Below, in pieces: positions 30,801 through 38,849 of a stretch of 54,197 nt of DNA (the stretch's first letter is position 1; each line of letters starts with the position of its first letter). This stretch comes from Thermoplasmatota archaeon (GTDB lineage Archaea; Thermoplasmatota; Poseidoniia; Poseidoniales; Thalassarchaeaceae): assembly GCA_036124005.1 (NCBI GenBank), contig JAZADD010000029.1, positions 1 to 54,197 of the forward strand, in the 5' to 3' direction. The notes beneath the pieces were generated by a model. That model did no database searches. It was given only the letters and a program-made list of their open reading frames with translations, and was not told the DNA's origin. A program made the translations under genes and the position numbers.

Positions 30801-32321
30801 TTGAGCCAAATTGCTGGGCAGCGTCGGACTATATGTCCCACTTCGATATGATCCACCGGAAATACTACTCGCCTGTTGGGTGGACCCTAATTTCGTATCA
30901 CTGGTTGTGATTGTAGAATCGGTTGAAAGATACATTTCCCAGTAGAACCATCCGGAGGCATCATCTCCGGCATTGTCGATTCTCCAAGAAATACTCACTT
31001 GTTGGCTAGCTTGAGCTGTACTTGGTCCAGACGGACTGTCTGGAACCAAATCAGCAGGCTCTTCGATATCGATTCGTGAGCTGGAGGAAACGACGTTGTT
31101 CGTCTCATCCAATTCATTTACACTGCCGCGATTATCAGCGATTAGGCCAAGATAGTAGTATCCTGGATTCATACCAGTTGGGATCGGAACATTGTATTCG
31201 TAACCAGAACGGTAAGCACCACCACTGATACTGCTCTCACTGAATTCATCGACGAATGTGTCCGATGTGGTGATGGTTGAATCAGTCGAAAGATACAGTT
31301 TCCAGTAAAACGAACCAGAATAATCAGTTCCGATATTGTCAATCCGATATTGCACAGTGACGGTATCTCCCATGATTGCAGAAGATGATGAGGTGCTTAC
31401 CGACGTGGCCTCCAAATCTGGTAGATCCTCTTGAAGTGTAATTTGATTACAAGTCCGAGCATTGTTCGATTCGCTAGCTTCGTCGACATCAGAATCGACA
31501 TCGAGGATGTACCCCCAATAATAGGTCCCAGCATTCATGGAAGACGGGATTCGTGTGCTACTGGATAGAGAATCAGTCCGATAACTACCAGAACCCAAAC
31601 TGGACGAGTATTGATCACTCCCAACTTGTGTGTCACTAGTTGTGATGGTGGAATCCGTGGAGAGATACATTGCCCAGTAAAATGTGCCCGTTGATTGGCC
31701 GTGACTGTTGGAAGCATCATTTTCATACTGAATTGAAATCGATGATGATAGATAGTCTCCAACCGTGCCAGTGGTTGGCGTAGAACACGAAGATGAGGTG
31801 GTTCGAGGAACCAAATCAGCTAATTCATAGACGCGGACTCGGCCCGAATCGTAATCATCATTGTTGTTTTCATCAGATTCACTGACCTGGCCATTGATAT
31901 CGACAATCATGCCGACATAGTAGTAACCACCAGTGATTGATGATGGAATAGTTACACTCTTGGTTGATGAACGGGTACTGCCTGAGGAAATGCTCGACTG
32001 CGACCAATCGTCCAACAAAAGGTCACTGGTTGTAATTGTCGTATCTGTGGACAAATACAATCCCCATCGGAACGAACCTGATGATGAATCTCCTTCGTTT
32101 TTGATTCTCGTACTGATACTTTTGGAATCCCCAGCATCTGCTGAAGTCCAAGACGCTGAGAGATAGTCAACTGTGAGATCAGGACCACTTCGGACCCCAG
32201 TCTCCATCGGAGCATCAGCCAGACTCAATTCTTCGACTTTGGAGACTGGCGTCAAGGCCAATAACATCGAAAAAAGTGCCAAAAGTGCGACGAATCGAAT
32301 CGTGCTTGCTCTGGGCACCAT
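27840..32321 (-). CDS. Giant surface protein: signal/anchor, 8 tandem CARDB-like domains, PPC-like domain, FN3-like domain, TM helix and cytoplasmic tail
   Basis: N-terminal hydrophobic leader. Eight repeats each carry F/Yx[13 protein letters not shown] and end in E(S/T)(D/N)E(N/T)[15 protein letters not shown] is PPC-like. YEVRWAGG...[11 protein letters not shown] is FN3-like. C-terminal TM is [19 protein letters not shown]. Confidence 0.85.
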   Translation of the reverse strand: MVPRASTIRFVALLALFSMLLALTPVSKVEELSLADAPMETGVRSGPDLTVDYLSASWTSADAGDSKSISTRIKNEGDSSSGSFRWGLYLSTDTTITTSDLLLDDWSQSSISSGSTRSSTKSVTIPSSITGGYYYVGMIVDINGQVSESDENNNDDYDSGRVRVYELADLVPRTTSSSCSTPTTGTVGDYLSSSISIQYENDASNSHGQSTGTFYWAMYLSTDSTITTSDTQVGSDQYSSSLGSGSYRTDSLSSSTRIPSSMNAGTYYWGYILDVDSDVDEASESNNARTCNQITLQEDLPDLEATSVSTSSSSAIMGDTVTVQYRIDNIGTDYSGSFYWKLYLSTDSTITTSDTFVDEFSESSISGGAYRSGYEYNVPIPTGMNPGYYYLGLIADNRGSVNELDETNNVVSSSSRIDIEEPADLVPDSPSGPSTAQASQQVSISWRIDNAGDDASGWFYWEMYLSTDSTITTSDTKLGSTQQASSISGGSYRSGTYSPTLPSNLAQGTYYFGIIVDSTSRVSEGDETNNIEVGNSLYITVPDYDLEATSISVDSGYRQVCEGSDIYITLSVTNLGTDNAGSHYYEVLVSTGNSVSAIYTGTSLGYASGAANVPSYTHSNIQATLPTTIAPGTYYVGLYVDYGDYISESDENNNIVATNSAQLTVIDCAPDLEPTSISGPASGVRGGTAQVSVQISNIGLEDVASVDYSIYLSSDSSISGVGNDVLVGSDVTGPIAQSAAWSGSVNLGIPSNLGDGCWYWGILVDPNNSIVEMDETNNAIPSSGQFCLEQADIVIDSIGYSNNAVSGQSSTVFINLSNIGGSDAPSFTAHLLLSLDAQSGTDDTQVDSFRVDPLTSGSSANIVRNIIIPGQHIGDFHWVVIVDTASEIEEDDESNNVAASTSFTISAPALDLLAAWIEPPLSAEPGQTVSIGWGVENLGQGSLGFDIEIWLSQDRALGSGDIRLSQSRVPTLLGGSTIADSQVVNLVGDIDGVWWVVLVIDSGDEHYEDDESNNIRISNSTFMIDSSSPPPAGETLSGCDNPQTDGGFESDAASTRSSAHHLGANANLTLDGCLIGLDVVDWYAVVIDSGNRTSIALSAEGAHLDITVLNGSGALGQGIVDDDVRWVTISALNNDFDGVGLLYHIRVTWDPAMPGGPYQLKFVTANASIETDLNPPPAPQITPMDGWEYADELTIYWQPVADDLSGISHYEVRWAGGLWAPVTQNESIVNLTMFMDGRYSFEVRAVDEAGNIGSVNATWIRVDRNVPIVSIEHLNASRSPIPQLFVELTIDDGFGSGPSSIEWSDDNLTWNTHREDGLILWWDWNNTELFVRVTDGANLQTVLQFQIDAPPDESENIETLDNENPESKGNGWVNTLQGLILALAIVSLLIFTVMLAIRLRAQGLTDEDVEEDSEDELNDSELAHTTQHQAETLHVPDYNHLVSGGVYDQSTGHTAYIDPEGRWWWQQEDGSFFHDPAFSVNDTTPMAFLDCDE
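29247..32183 (-). repeat. Intragenic tandem array of 8 CARDB-like domain repeats (period about 120-131 codons)
   Basis: The four N-proximal units are also similar at DNA level, for example the gtgatggttgaatcagtcgaaagataca variants near 30.92, 31.28, 31.66 and 32.05 kb. Confidence 0.8.
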
Positions 32322-32405
32322 GGTCGCTCTCCGTAACAGTTGTTGGACCTATATCTTGTGGTGGGCCGCCCAATCTTCTAAGCGTAATGACTCGGTCAGT
32401 AGGCT

Positions 32406-32798
32406 ATGAAAGGAGAAGTTCGCTGGACAGCCGAGGACGGATATGTTGGTACTACTTCAGGTGGCAAATCATTTGAGATATATGGTGAAACATCTCCAAG
32501 TCCAATGGAAATGGTGCTACATGCTCATGCAGCATGCTCTTTGATTGATGTAAAAGATGGATTGAAGCATAGAATAGAGAATGTAGATTACATAACAATT
32601 GAAATCGAATCTGAAAGAGCCCAAGAATCTCCTAAAGTTTTCACCGCCGTTGTAATGAAATATATTGTCAAAGGAGAAGTCCCTGAGAAATTACTTGATA
32701 GGTTAATTGAATCCAGTCATGAAAAATTTTGTAGTGTTGGGAAAATGATTACTAGATCTGGAGCAACACTTGATTGGACTATGGAAATCCGCCCTTAA
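32406..32798 (+). CDS. OsmC/Ohr family protein
   Basis: 130 aa. SPSPMEMVLHAHAACSLIDV and the C-terminal EKFCSVGKM block carry the two conserved Cys regions of OsmC-like proteins. Confidence 0.75.
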   Translation: MKGEVRWTAEDGYVGTTSGGKSFEIYGETSPSPMEMVLHAHAACSLIDVKDGLKHRIENVDYITIEIESERAQESPKVFTAVVMKYIVKGEVPEKLLDRLIESSHEKFCSVGKMITRSGATLDWTMEIRP

Positions 32799-33239
32799 TT
32801 AGAGGCCGAGCAATTTCTTTGGGTGATCAAAGAAATCCGGCAAATCATCTTCAGGAGCCCCATCTCCTTCCATCCAACATCCTTCAGCAAATGCTTGACC
32901 TAGGCCAATCAGATCCATCCACTTGTATACATCCTTCCAACCAGATCGAGTTAAACCGACATCAAGTGCCGAGCGACCAAGCCGTCGAGCATGTTGTTCT
33001 GCCTTTTCAGGAAACCAAGTTTCTAGTTCCTGCACATAAGATCGGAGTGCAGACACACCAGCTCCAACACCTTGAGAAATCAGGGGCATTGTTTCTACAT
33101 GCTCCATTTCGAGAGATTCTCTTGTGTGATTTTCAACACCCAACAAATTAGCCAAGCGATTCAACAATTTATGTCCGTCTTCATTTAACGCATCATCAGA
33201 CCAACCATAACGAAGTCCGATTGAGTATGGATGCACCAT
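32799..33239 (-). CDS. Hypothetical protein
   Basis: 146-aa ORF, 5 nt downstream of the preceding minus-strand gene. No family recognised. Confidence 0.45.
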   Translation of the reverse strand: MVHPYSIGLRYGWSDDALNEDGHKLLNRLANLLGVENHTRESLEMEHVETMPLISQGVGAGVSALRSYVQELETWFPEKAEQHARRLGRSALDVGLTRSGWKDVYKWMDLIGLGQAFAEGCWMEGDGAPEDDLPDFFDHPKKLLGL

Positions 33240-33244
33240 TCAAT

Positions 33245-33646
33245 TCACCCAAGTAAATCATCAACTAGTTGCAGATGCCGCTCGAAACTGATTCCCAATT
33301 CATCTCGTTTTTTGGCAAGGAGCCTGACTTCTGCAGGGTCAAGAATACCATCCACCCACACTGTTTGTAGAAGCATCGTATAGGTAGATTCAGCCTCATT
33401 CATATCTTCATGATTCGTCTCATTTAGGTCGCTATTTTCACTTTCTACAGTTCCTATTTCGTCCTCTACATCATCCATAAGGTCCGAGAGAGCATCATAT
33501 CCATTCACTCCATCCTCTTTCTTTGGGGTTTTATTGCTTTGAGAGCCGATACCTAATTCTTCAAAGGGATCAACATCACTATGATCTTCCGACTCAATTG
33601 AAGCACTAGGCAAACCGAACTCATCATCTTCATTTTCATCGTCCAT
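33245..33646 (-). CDS. Hypothetical acidic protein with a C-terminal TerB-like helical motif (weak call)
   Basis: The N-terminal ~85 aa are D/E-rich. The C-terminus LLQTVWVDGILDPAEVRLLAKKRDELG shares a motif with the ORF at 53164..53586. Confidence 0.45.
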   Translation of the reverse strand: MDDENEDDEFGLPSASIESEDHSDVDPFEELGIGSQSNKTPKKEDGVNGYDALSDLMDDVEDEIGTVESENSDLNETNHEDMNEAESTYTMLLQTVWVDGILDPAEVRLLAKKRDELGISFERHLQLVDDLLG

Positions 33647-33923
33647 GATGTCTGAGAACTATTGGGGGTTGTTCAAATCATCTTGTTCCCGCGTGTAAAA
33701 AAAAAATGATTTTTTACATCATTTCACTCTTCTTCCGGGTAACAGAATTGCATTAGGGAATGGCCAATGGAAGCAACCCTTCCCTAAATCATCATTAACT
33801 ATCGATTGAGCCATGAGACTCCCGCGCTCAGATAACATTGCGCAACCAGTTGGTATGGACATTAAGAGAGGTGAAGAAGGCATGCAAACCACGATGAATG
33901 GAAGCAACGATGGAACGAGCGGG

Positions 33924-36900
33924 ATGAATATTGAACGTAGATTCACGACTCTTGGTGATGACCCGTTTGATGCTTTTGAGTGGATGACAACAAGTATCCA
34001 AATCAAAAATCAGGACGGAACAGTCGCACACACTATGGAAGATGTTTGTTTTCCCGTAGGATTTGAGGGAGTTCCAGGAACCGTTGCTGCGCAAAAATAC
34101 CTTCGAAAGGCAGGGGTTCCAGCCGTATTACGGCCAGTTCCTGAGGAAAATGTTCCAACTTGGCTTCAACGTTCAGCTCCTGATGATGAGAAGTTGCAGA
34201 CCATGGACCCCGAGGATCGTTATTGTGCTGAAACAGATTTTCGTCAAATGTTTAGACGCCTTGCAGGGACTTGGACATATTGGGGCTGGAAATACGGATA
34301 TTTTGCATCAGAGGCTGATGCCCGATCTTACTTTGATGAGATGTGTTACTTGATTGCAAGTCAACGTTCAGCCCCTAATAGCCCCCAATGGTTCAACACT
34401 GGTTTGCATTGGGCCTATGGAATTGAAGGCAACCCACAAGGGCATAAGTACGTAGATCCAGAAACAGGTATTCTAACTGAATCAACCAATTCTTATGAGC
34501 ATCCCCAGCCCCATGCTTGCTTTATTCAGAGCGTGGCGGACTCTCTTGTTGGAGGCACTGAATCTATCATGGGCCTTTGGGAACGGGAAGCGCTATTGTT
34601 CAAGTTTGGTTCAGGAACTGGCTCTAATTTCAGTAATATTAGAGGCAAGGAAGAACCACTCTCTGGAGGCGGTCGCTCATCAGGCCTCCTTTCTTTCCTC
34701 AAGATTGGCGATCGTGCTGCAGGCGCAATCAAATCAGGGGGAACCACCCGACGTGCAGCGAAAATGGTCACACTTGATCTTGATCACCCTGATATTGAGG
34801 AATACATCAATTGGAAGGCCTCGGAGGAAGAGAAAGTATCGGCTCTCATTATAGGCAGCAATCAATTGCAAAAACATGCAAATGCCCTGCTAGCAGCTAT
34901 GTGGTCCGAGGGCACTGAAATTGCTGCAACAGACCCTGAGATGAATGAACCCCTCAAGCGTGCTATGATTGCGGCTGTGAAGGATAATGTTCCTCAACCA
35001 CATATCAAGCGAATTATAGATCTTGCAGGCCAAGGATGGCGTTCGGTTAATTTCGAACGATTTGATTCAGATTGGCAGGGCGAAGGATACATCACAGTAT
35101 CGGGTCAGAATAGCAACAATTCTGTTCGCGTCCCTAACGAGTTTATGGATGCGGTTGAAGCTGGCAAGGATTGGAATCTTATTTGGCGGACTGAGAAGGA
35201 GAAAGCACTTGCTGAGGGTCGTGACCCCGAGCCATGCAAGACCCTTCCAGCGCAGGAACTCTGGGATCAAATAGCGTATACTGCTTGGGCCTGTGCAGAC
35301 CCAGGTGTCCAATTTGATTCCACAATTAATGAATGGCACACTTGTCCTGAGGGTGGCAGAATTAATGGATCAAATCCTTGTTCAGAATACATGTTTTTGG
35401 ATGATACAGCATGTAATTTAGCAAGCATCAATCTTCTAGAGTACTATGATACAAACTCTAGAACCTTCCAAATTGAGGATTTCCAACATAGTGTTCGTCT
35501 TTGGACTGCAACCCTTGAGATATCCGTTCTAATGGCACAGTTTCCTTCAGCAGAGATCGCTCAGAAGTCCTACGAGTATAGGACCCTTGGTCTTGGGTAC
35601 TGTAATTTGGGCTCCTTGCTCATGCACATGGGGATTCCCTATGATGATGATCGAGCACGCTCAATTTGTGGAGCCCTCACAGCGATTATGTGCGGTGAAT
35701 CCTATGCAACTAGTGCAGAACTCGCTAGCATTCTAGGACCATTCCCTCGCTATGAAGAAAATAGAGAGCACATGCTTCGTGTAATTCGAAACCATCGCCG
35801 TGCAGCATACGACGTTGAGTCGAAAGAGTATGAAGATCTCAGTGTGAAGCCATTAGGAATCGACTCATCTCTATGCCCTGATGATCTTCTTGATGCCGCT
35901 CGCGAATCTTGGGATCGTGCATTGAATCTCGGTTCAGAATATGGTTTTAGAAACGCCCAGACTACGGTGATTGCACCTACTGGAACCATCGGCCTAGTAA
36001 TGGCTTGTGACACCACTGGAGTGGAACCATCATTCTCTCTAATCCAGTTCAAGTCCCTTGCTGGTGGAGGTATGTTGAAAATTATCAACAATGGTGTGAA
36101 ACTCGCCCTCTCCGAACTAGGGTATAACGATGAGGAAATCAATGATATAGAGTCCTATGTCATGGGAACAAATAGCATCGATCGTTGTGAAACAGTAACG
36201 CGTGAACGCCTAATGAAGGCAGGTTTCACAGAAGCTGAATTTGCTAGAGTTGAAGATGCAATTGGTGGAGCTTATGATATTCGCGGAGCCTTTAGTCCCA
36301 GTAGTTTGGGTGAGGCATTCTGCACTGACACTCTCGGATTGAATCAAGATCAAATTGAGAACCCATTCTTTGATGTTCTAGGCCACATTGGGTTCACTTC
36401 TACCGAGATTGAGAGCGCAAACGACCATGTTTTCGGTCGTATGACTATTGAAAATGCACCACATCTCAAGGAAGAACATCTCGAGGTCTTCGATTGTGCG
36501 ACTCCAGGCGGGAAGTATGGAACACGTTCCATTGCGTGGCCTGCTCATGTTCGGATGATGGCTGCCGCTCAACCATTCATCTCAGGTGCTATTTCGAAGA
36601 CTGTAAATCTCCCATCTGATGCCACTATCGATGATATACGTGATGTGTACAATCTATCTCATTCTACTATGAATAAGGCAACTGCGGTATACAGGGATCA
36701 GAGTAAACTCTCGCAGCCATTGATGAACAAACTTGTTGATACAACTTCGATGGATGATATGGATGAAAACGACTCGTCTGTTACAACTGCCGAACAAGCG
36801 GTTGAGCAGGTTAAGGCGGCTTTACCATTACCAGATCAGCAAGCACAACCCATTGCAGAAGCCTTTGTTCAGAATTACATTGCAACCCGTCGCCCCCTCC

Positions 36901-37562
36901 CTGATGTTCGTCAATCAAAGGTGATGAAGGCACGTGTTGGAGGGCACACAGTCTATCTTTCATCGAGTATGTATGAAGACGGACGACTTGGTGAGATTAT
37001 GCTAACAACTTCGAAGGAAGGAATGGCTTGGCGCTCATTGTTGAATCAATTCGCAATCGCAGTTTCCATCGGTCTTCAGTATGGTGTACCTTTGGATGCT
37101 TTCGTTAAGTCATTTACTTTCCAGAAGTTCGAGCCAAGTGGCATGGTAGCAGGTGGTTCAGGCCGTGTAAAGATGGCTACTTCTATTGTAGATTATATCT
37201 TCAGGGAATTAGCAATTACACATTTGAATCGTGATGATTTAGCTCATGTAACAGAGGAAGATCTTGACACGACATCCATTAGTCGTCCGGAGTCAACGCC
37301 AGATGGAATATCCCGTACAATGGGGTCCCAACGCAACGTACAGACCACTTTGGATAGTATGATGAATATCCAGGAACTCAACGAACAACCTGAGGATTCC
37401 ATTGGTGGTGCTGAACTTAGTGCGGAAGAGAATGCAATGCGCAGTGCCCGCGCTCTTGGTTTTACAGGAGATATTTGTACTAATTGTGGAGGAAGTCAAA
37501 TGGTTCGTAATGGAACATGCCTCAAGTGCAACGAGTGTGGCGAGACTACTGGCTGTTCCTGA
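33924..37562 (+). CDS. nrdJ: Adenosylcobalamin-dependent ribonucleotide reductase (class II, long NrdJ type)
   Basis: MNIERRFT...DPFDAFEW N-terminus is typical of NrdJ. Also NPCSEY, TVIAPTGTIG and KTVNLP blocks, and a C-terminal Cys4 tail CTNCGG...CLKCNECG. The ORF opens at 33813; ATG 33924 matches family N-termini. Confidence 0.9.
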   Translation: MNIERRFTTLGDDPFDAFEWMTTSIQIKNQDGTVAHTMEDVCFPVGFEGVPGTVAAQKYLRKAGVPAVLRPVPEENVPTWLQRSAPDDEKLQTMDPEDRYCAETDFRQMFRRLAGTWTYWGWKYGYFASEADARSYFDEMCYLIASQRSAPNSPQWFNTGLHWAYGIEGNPQGHKYVDPETGILTESTNSYEHPQPHACFIQSVADSLVGGTESIMGLWEREALLFKFGSGTGSNFSNIRGKEEPLSGGGRSSGLLSFLKIGDRAAGAIKSGGTTRRAAKMVTLDLDHPDIEEYINWKASEEEKVSALIIGSNQLQKHANALLAAMWSEGTEIAATDPEMNEPLKRAMIAAVKDNVPQPHIKRIIDLAGQGWRSVNFERFDSDWQGEGYITVSGQNSNNSVRVPNEFMDAVEAGKDWNLIWRTEKEKALAEGRDPEPCKTLPAQELWDQIAYTAWACADPGVQFDSTINEWHTCPEGGRINGSNPCSEYMFLDDTACNLASINLLEYYDTNSRTFQIEDFQHSVRLWTATLEISVLMAQFPSAEIAQKSYEYRTLGLGYCNLGSLLMHMGIPYDDDRARSICGALTAIMCGESYATSAELASILGPFPRYEENREHMLRVIRNHRRAAYDVESKEYEDLSVKPLGIDSSLCPDDLLDAARESWDRALNLGSEYGFRNAQTTVIAPTGTIGLVMACDTTGVEPSFSLIQFKSLAGGGMLKIINNGVKLALSELGYNDEEINDIESYVMGTNSIDRCETVTRERLMKAGFTEAEFARVEDAIGGAYDIRGAFSPSSLGEAFCTDTLGLNQDQIENPFFDVLGHIGFTSTEIESANDHVFGRMTIENAPHLKEEHLEVFDCATPGGKYGTRSIAWPAHVRMMAAAQPFISGAISKTVNLPSDATIDDIRDVYNLSHSTMNKATAVYRDQSKLSQPLMNKLVDTTSMDDMDENDSSVTTAEQAVEQVKAALPLPDQQAQPIAEAFVQNYIATRRPLPDVRQSKVMKARVGGHTVYLSSSMYEDGRLGEIMLTTSKEGMAWRSLLNQFAIAVSIGLQYGVPLDAFVKSFTFQKFEPSGMVAGGSGRVKMATSIVDYIFRELAITHLNRDDLAHVTEEDLDTTSISRPESTPDGISRTMGSQRNVQTTLDSMMNIQELNEQPEDSIGGAELSAEENAMRSARALGFTGDICTNCGGSQMVRNGTCLKCNECGETTGCS

Positions 37563-38834
37563 TTATTCAGAAAGGCGAAACTCGATTCCATTTTCTGCAA
37601 GTTGCTTGACCAATTTAGCCCCTGCACTTGGATTTATTTCCGCCATCTCATTTGCGAAACGTTCGACTCTTACTCGAGAAGCATCATCATTCATTTTAAT
37701 CAGATTCAGAAGAATTCCCTTTTCATCAATTGGATCGATTTGCATCGCCATCCTCAGACCTGAATCCACAAATCTTCTTCTGACTCGCGGATCCCTATGT
37801 TGACTTGCCATCATTGCCCTCATCATGAACGCGAGTGGATCATGATGAGCAAGAACGGGCAGGGCACTGGTTGCAATTACAGCGGCATCCCCCTCATTCT
37901 TTAGACTGAAATCAATAATCCTCAATCCTATTTTGATTGATTCTGAGACAATACGTTCTGCAAGTGAAGCGATGTTGATACGTTCTTTTTCATTACCATC
38001 TGCAAGGATTTTGTTCACTATCATCTCTGCTCGGGGTGTATCTGTTCGAAGAAGATGGGGGATAATTTGGATTAAGATTGCAGACCGCCCCCCTTCTTTC
38101 AATCCACTCTCAATTCTTTCTCCCATTCTTAGTGGGACATAGAGGTAACTTCGATTGACAATCTCTATCCACCAAGATTTTGGGAGTGGAGAACCTTCTT
38201 TGATTGAATCTACAATGTCTAGTAACCAAGCGGCTGCAATCGCACCATCGACATGTACGGCAACGTCTTCTTCTTGATTTTGAGATCCATCCCAATCAAG
38301 ATAATGGGGGCCAGATGCGGCCTTTGTTTGCCACCTACCAGGGGGACGTCCGAGAGCAATTGATTCGAGGAGATGAAATCCATCTTCTTGTATACATGAA
38401 GGACGTAAGAGGCAGGCTCCTGTGAATAATGCCATTCCCCAAAACCATCGATCTGAATCCGGTGCAATTTCATCGAGACCAGATTGTAGCCATTCAGTAA
38501 TCCTCTCCTTGAGAAAATGGTCTGCTAGACTCTCTTGGGATTCAAGGATATATCGATTGAGGGCCCTTTCTTCATCGATTGCTCGTCGAACATAATCGGG
38601 TCTTTCTAATTCCAGATGGGTGACGATTATTCGTTTGAATCCCGCTTTATCTAATGCATCAACAGTGATAGCTTGTTGTGCAATAGTTTCTGGAGACGGT
38701 TCGATTACAGGAATGCCCTCAAACAGATGTGGCGGCGGGGGAAAGGGAGCATGAGATACCCCAGTTTGTACAAGTTCTGTTAGTAAGTCATGGGAAGTCT
38801 GCCAGAGTAGCGCCATCGGCTCTCTCCGATTCAA
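37563..38834 (-). CDS. Hypothetical protein (C-terminal half HEAT/armadillo-like helical)
   Basis: 423-aa ORF. Its stop codon abuts the nrdJ stop with no spacer. No family recognised. Confidence 0.5.
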   Translation of the reverse strand: MNRREPMALLWQTSHDLLTELVQTGVSHAPFPPPPHLFEGIPVIEPSPETIAQQAITVDALDKAGFKRIIVTHLELERPDYVRRAIDEERALNRYILESQESLADHFLKERITEWLQSGLDEIAPDSDRWFWGMALFTGACLLRPSCIQEDGFHLLESIALGRPPGRWQTKAASGPHYLDWDGSQNQEEDVAVHVDGAIAAAWLLDIVDSIKEGSPLPKSWWIEIVNRSYLYVPLRMGERIESGLKEGGRSAILIQIIPHLLRTDTPRAEMIVNKILADGNEKERINIASLAERIVSESIKIGLRIIDFSLKNEGDAAVIATSALPVLAHHDPLAFMMRAMMASQHRDPRVRRRFVDSGLRMAMQIDPIDEKGILLNLIKMNDDASRVRVERFANEMAEINPSAGAKLVKQLAENGIEFRLSE

Positions 38835-38849
38835 TTTGACCCCATCCTC

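Noticed and set aside
29247-32183. Periodic DNA repeats that could be mistaken for a CRISPR-like or satellite array.
   Set aside because: The period is ~365-390 nt, the region lies inside one continuous 1493-codon ORF, and the repeats translate to CARDB-like domains. They are coding domain repeats, not a CRISPR array.
33730-33790. Possible cobalamin riboswitch ahead of the B12-dependent nrdJ (an AGGGAA...GG segment).
   Set aside because: Only the short AGGGAA resembles the consensus. I could not find the B12 box or the GCCACTG core elements, and riboswitches of this class are not expected in archaea.
33924-37562. Possible intein in the long (1213-aa) NrdJ.
   Set aside because: I found no intein splice-junction blocks and no endonuclease motifs. 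Long single-chain NrdJ proteins of this size exist without inteins, and the extra length is spread along the protein, including the C-terminal Cys4 tail.
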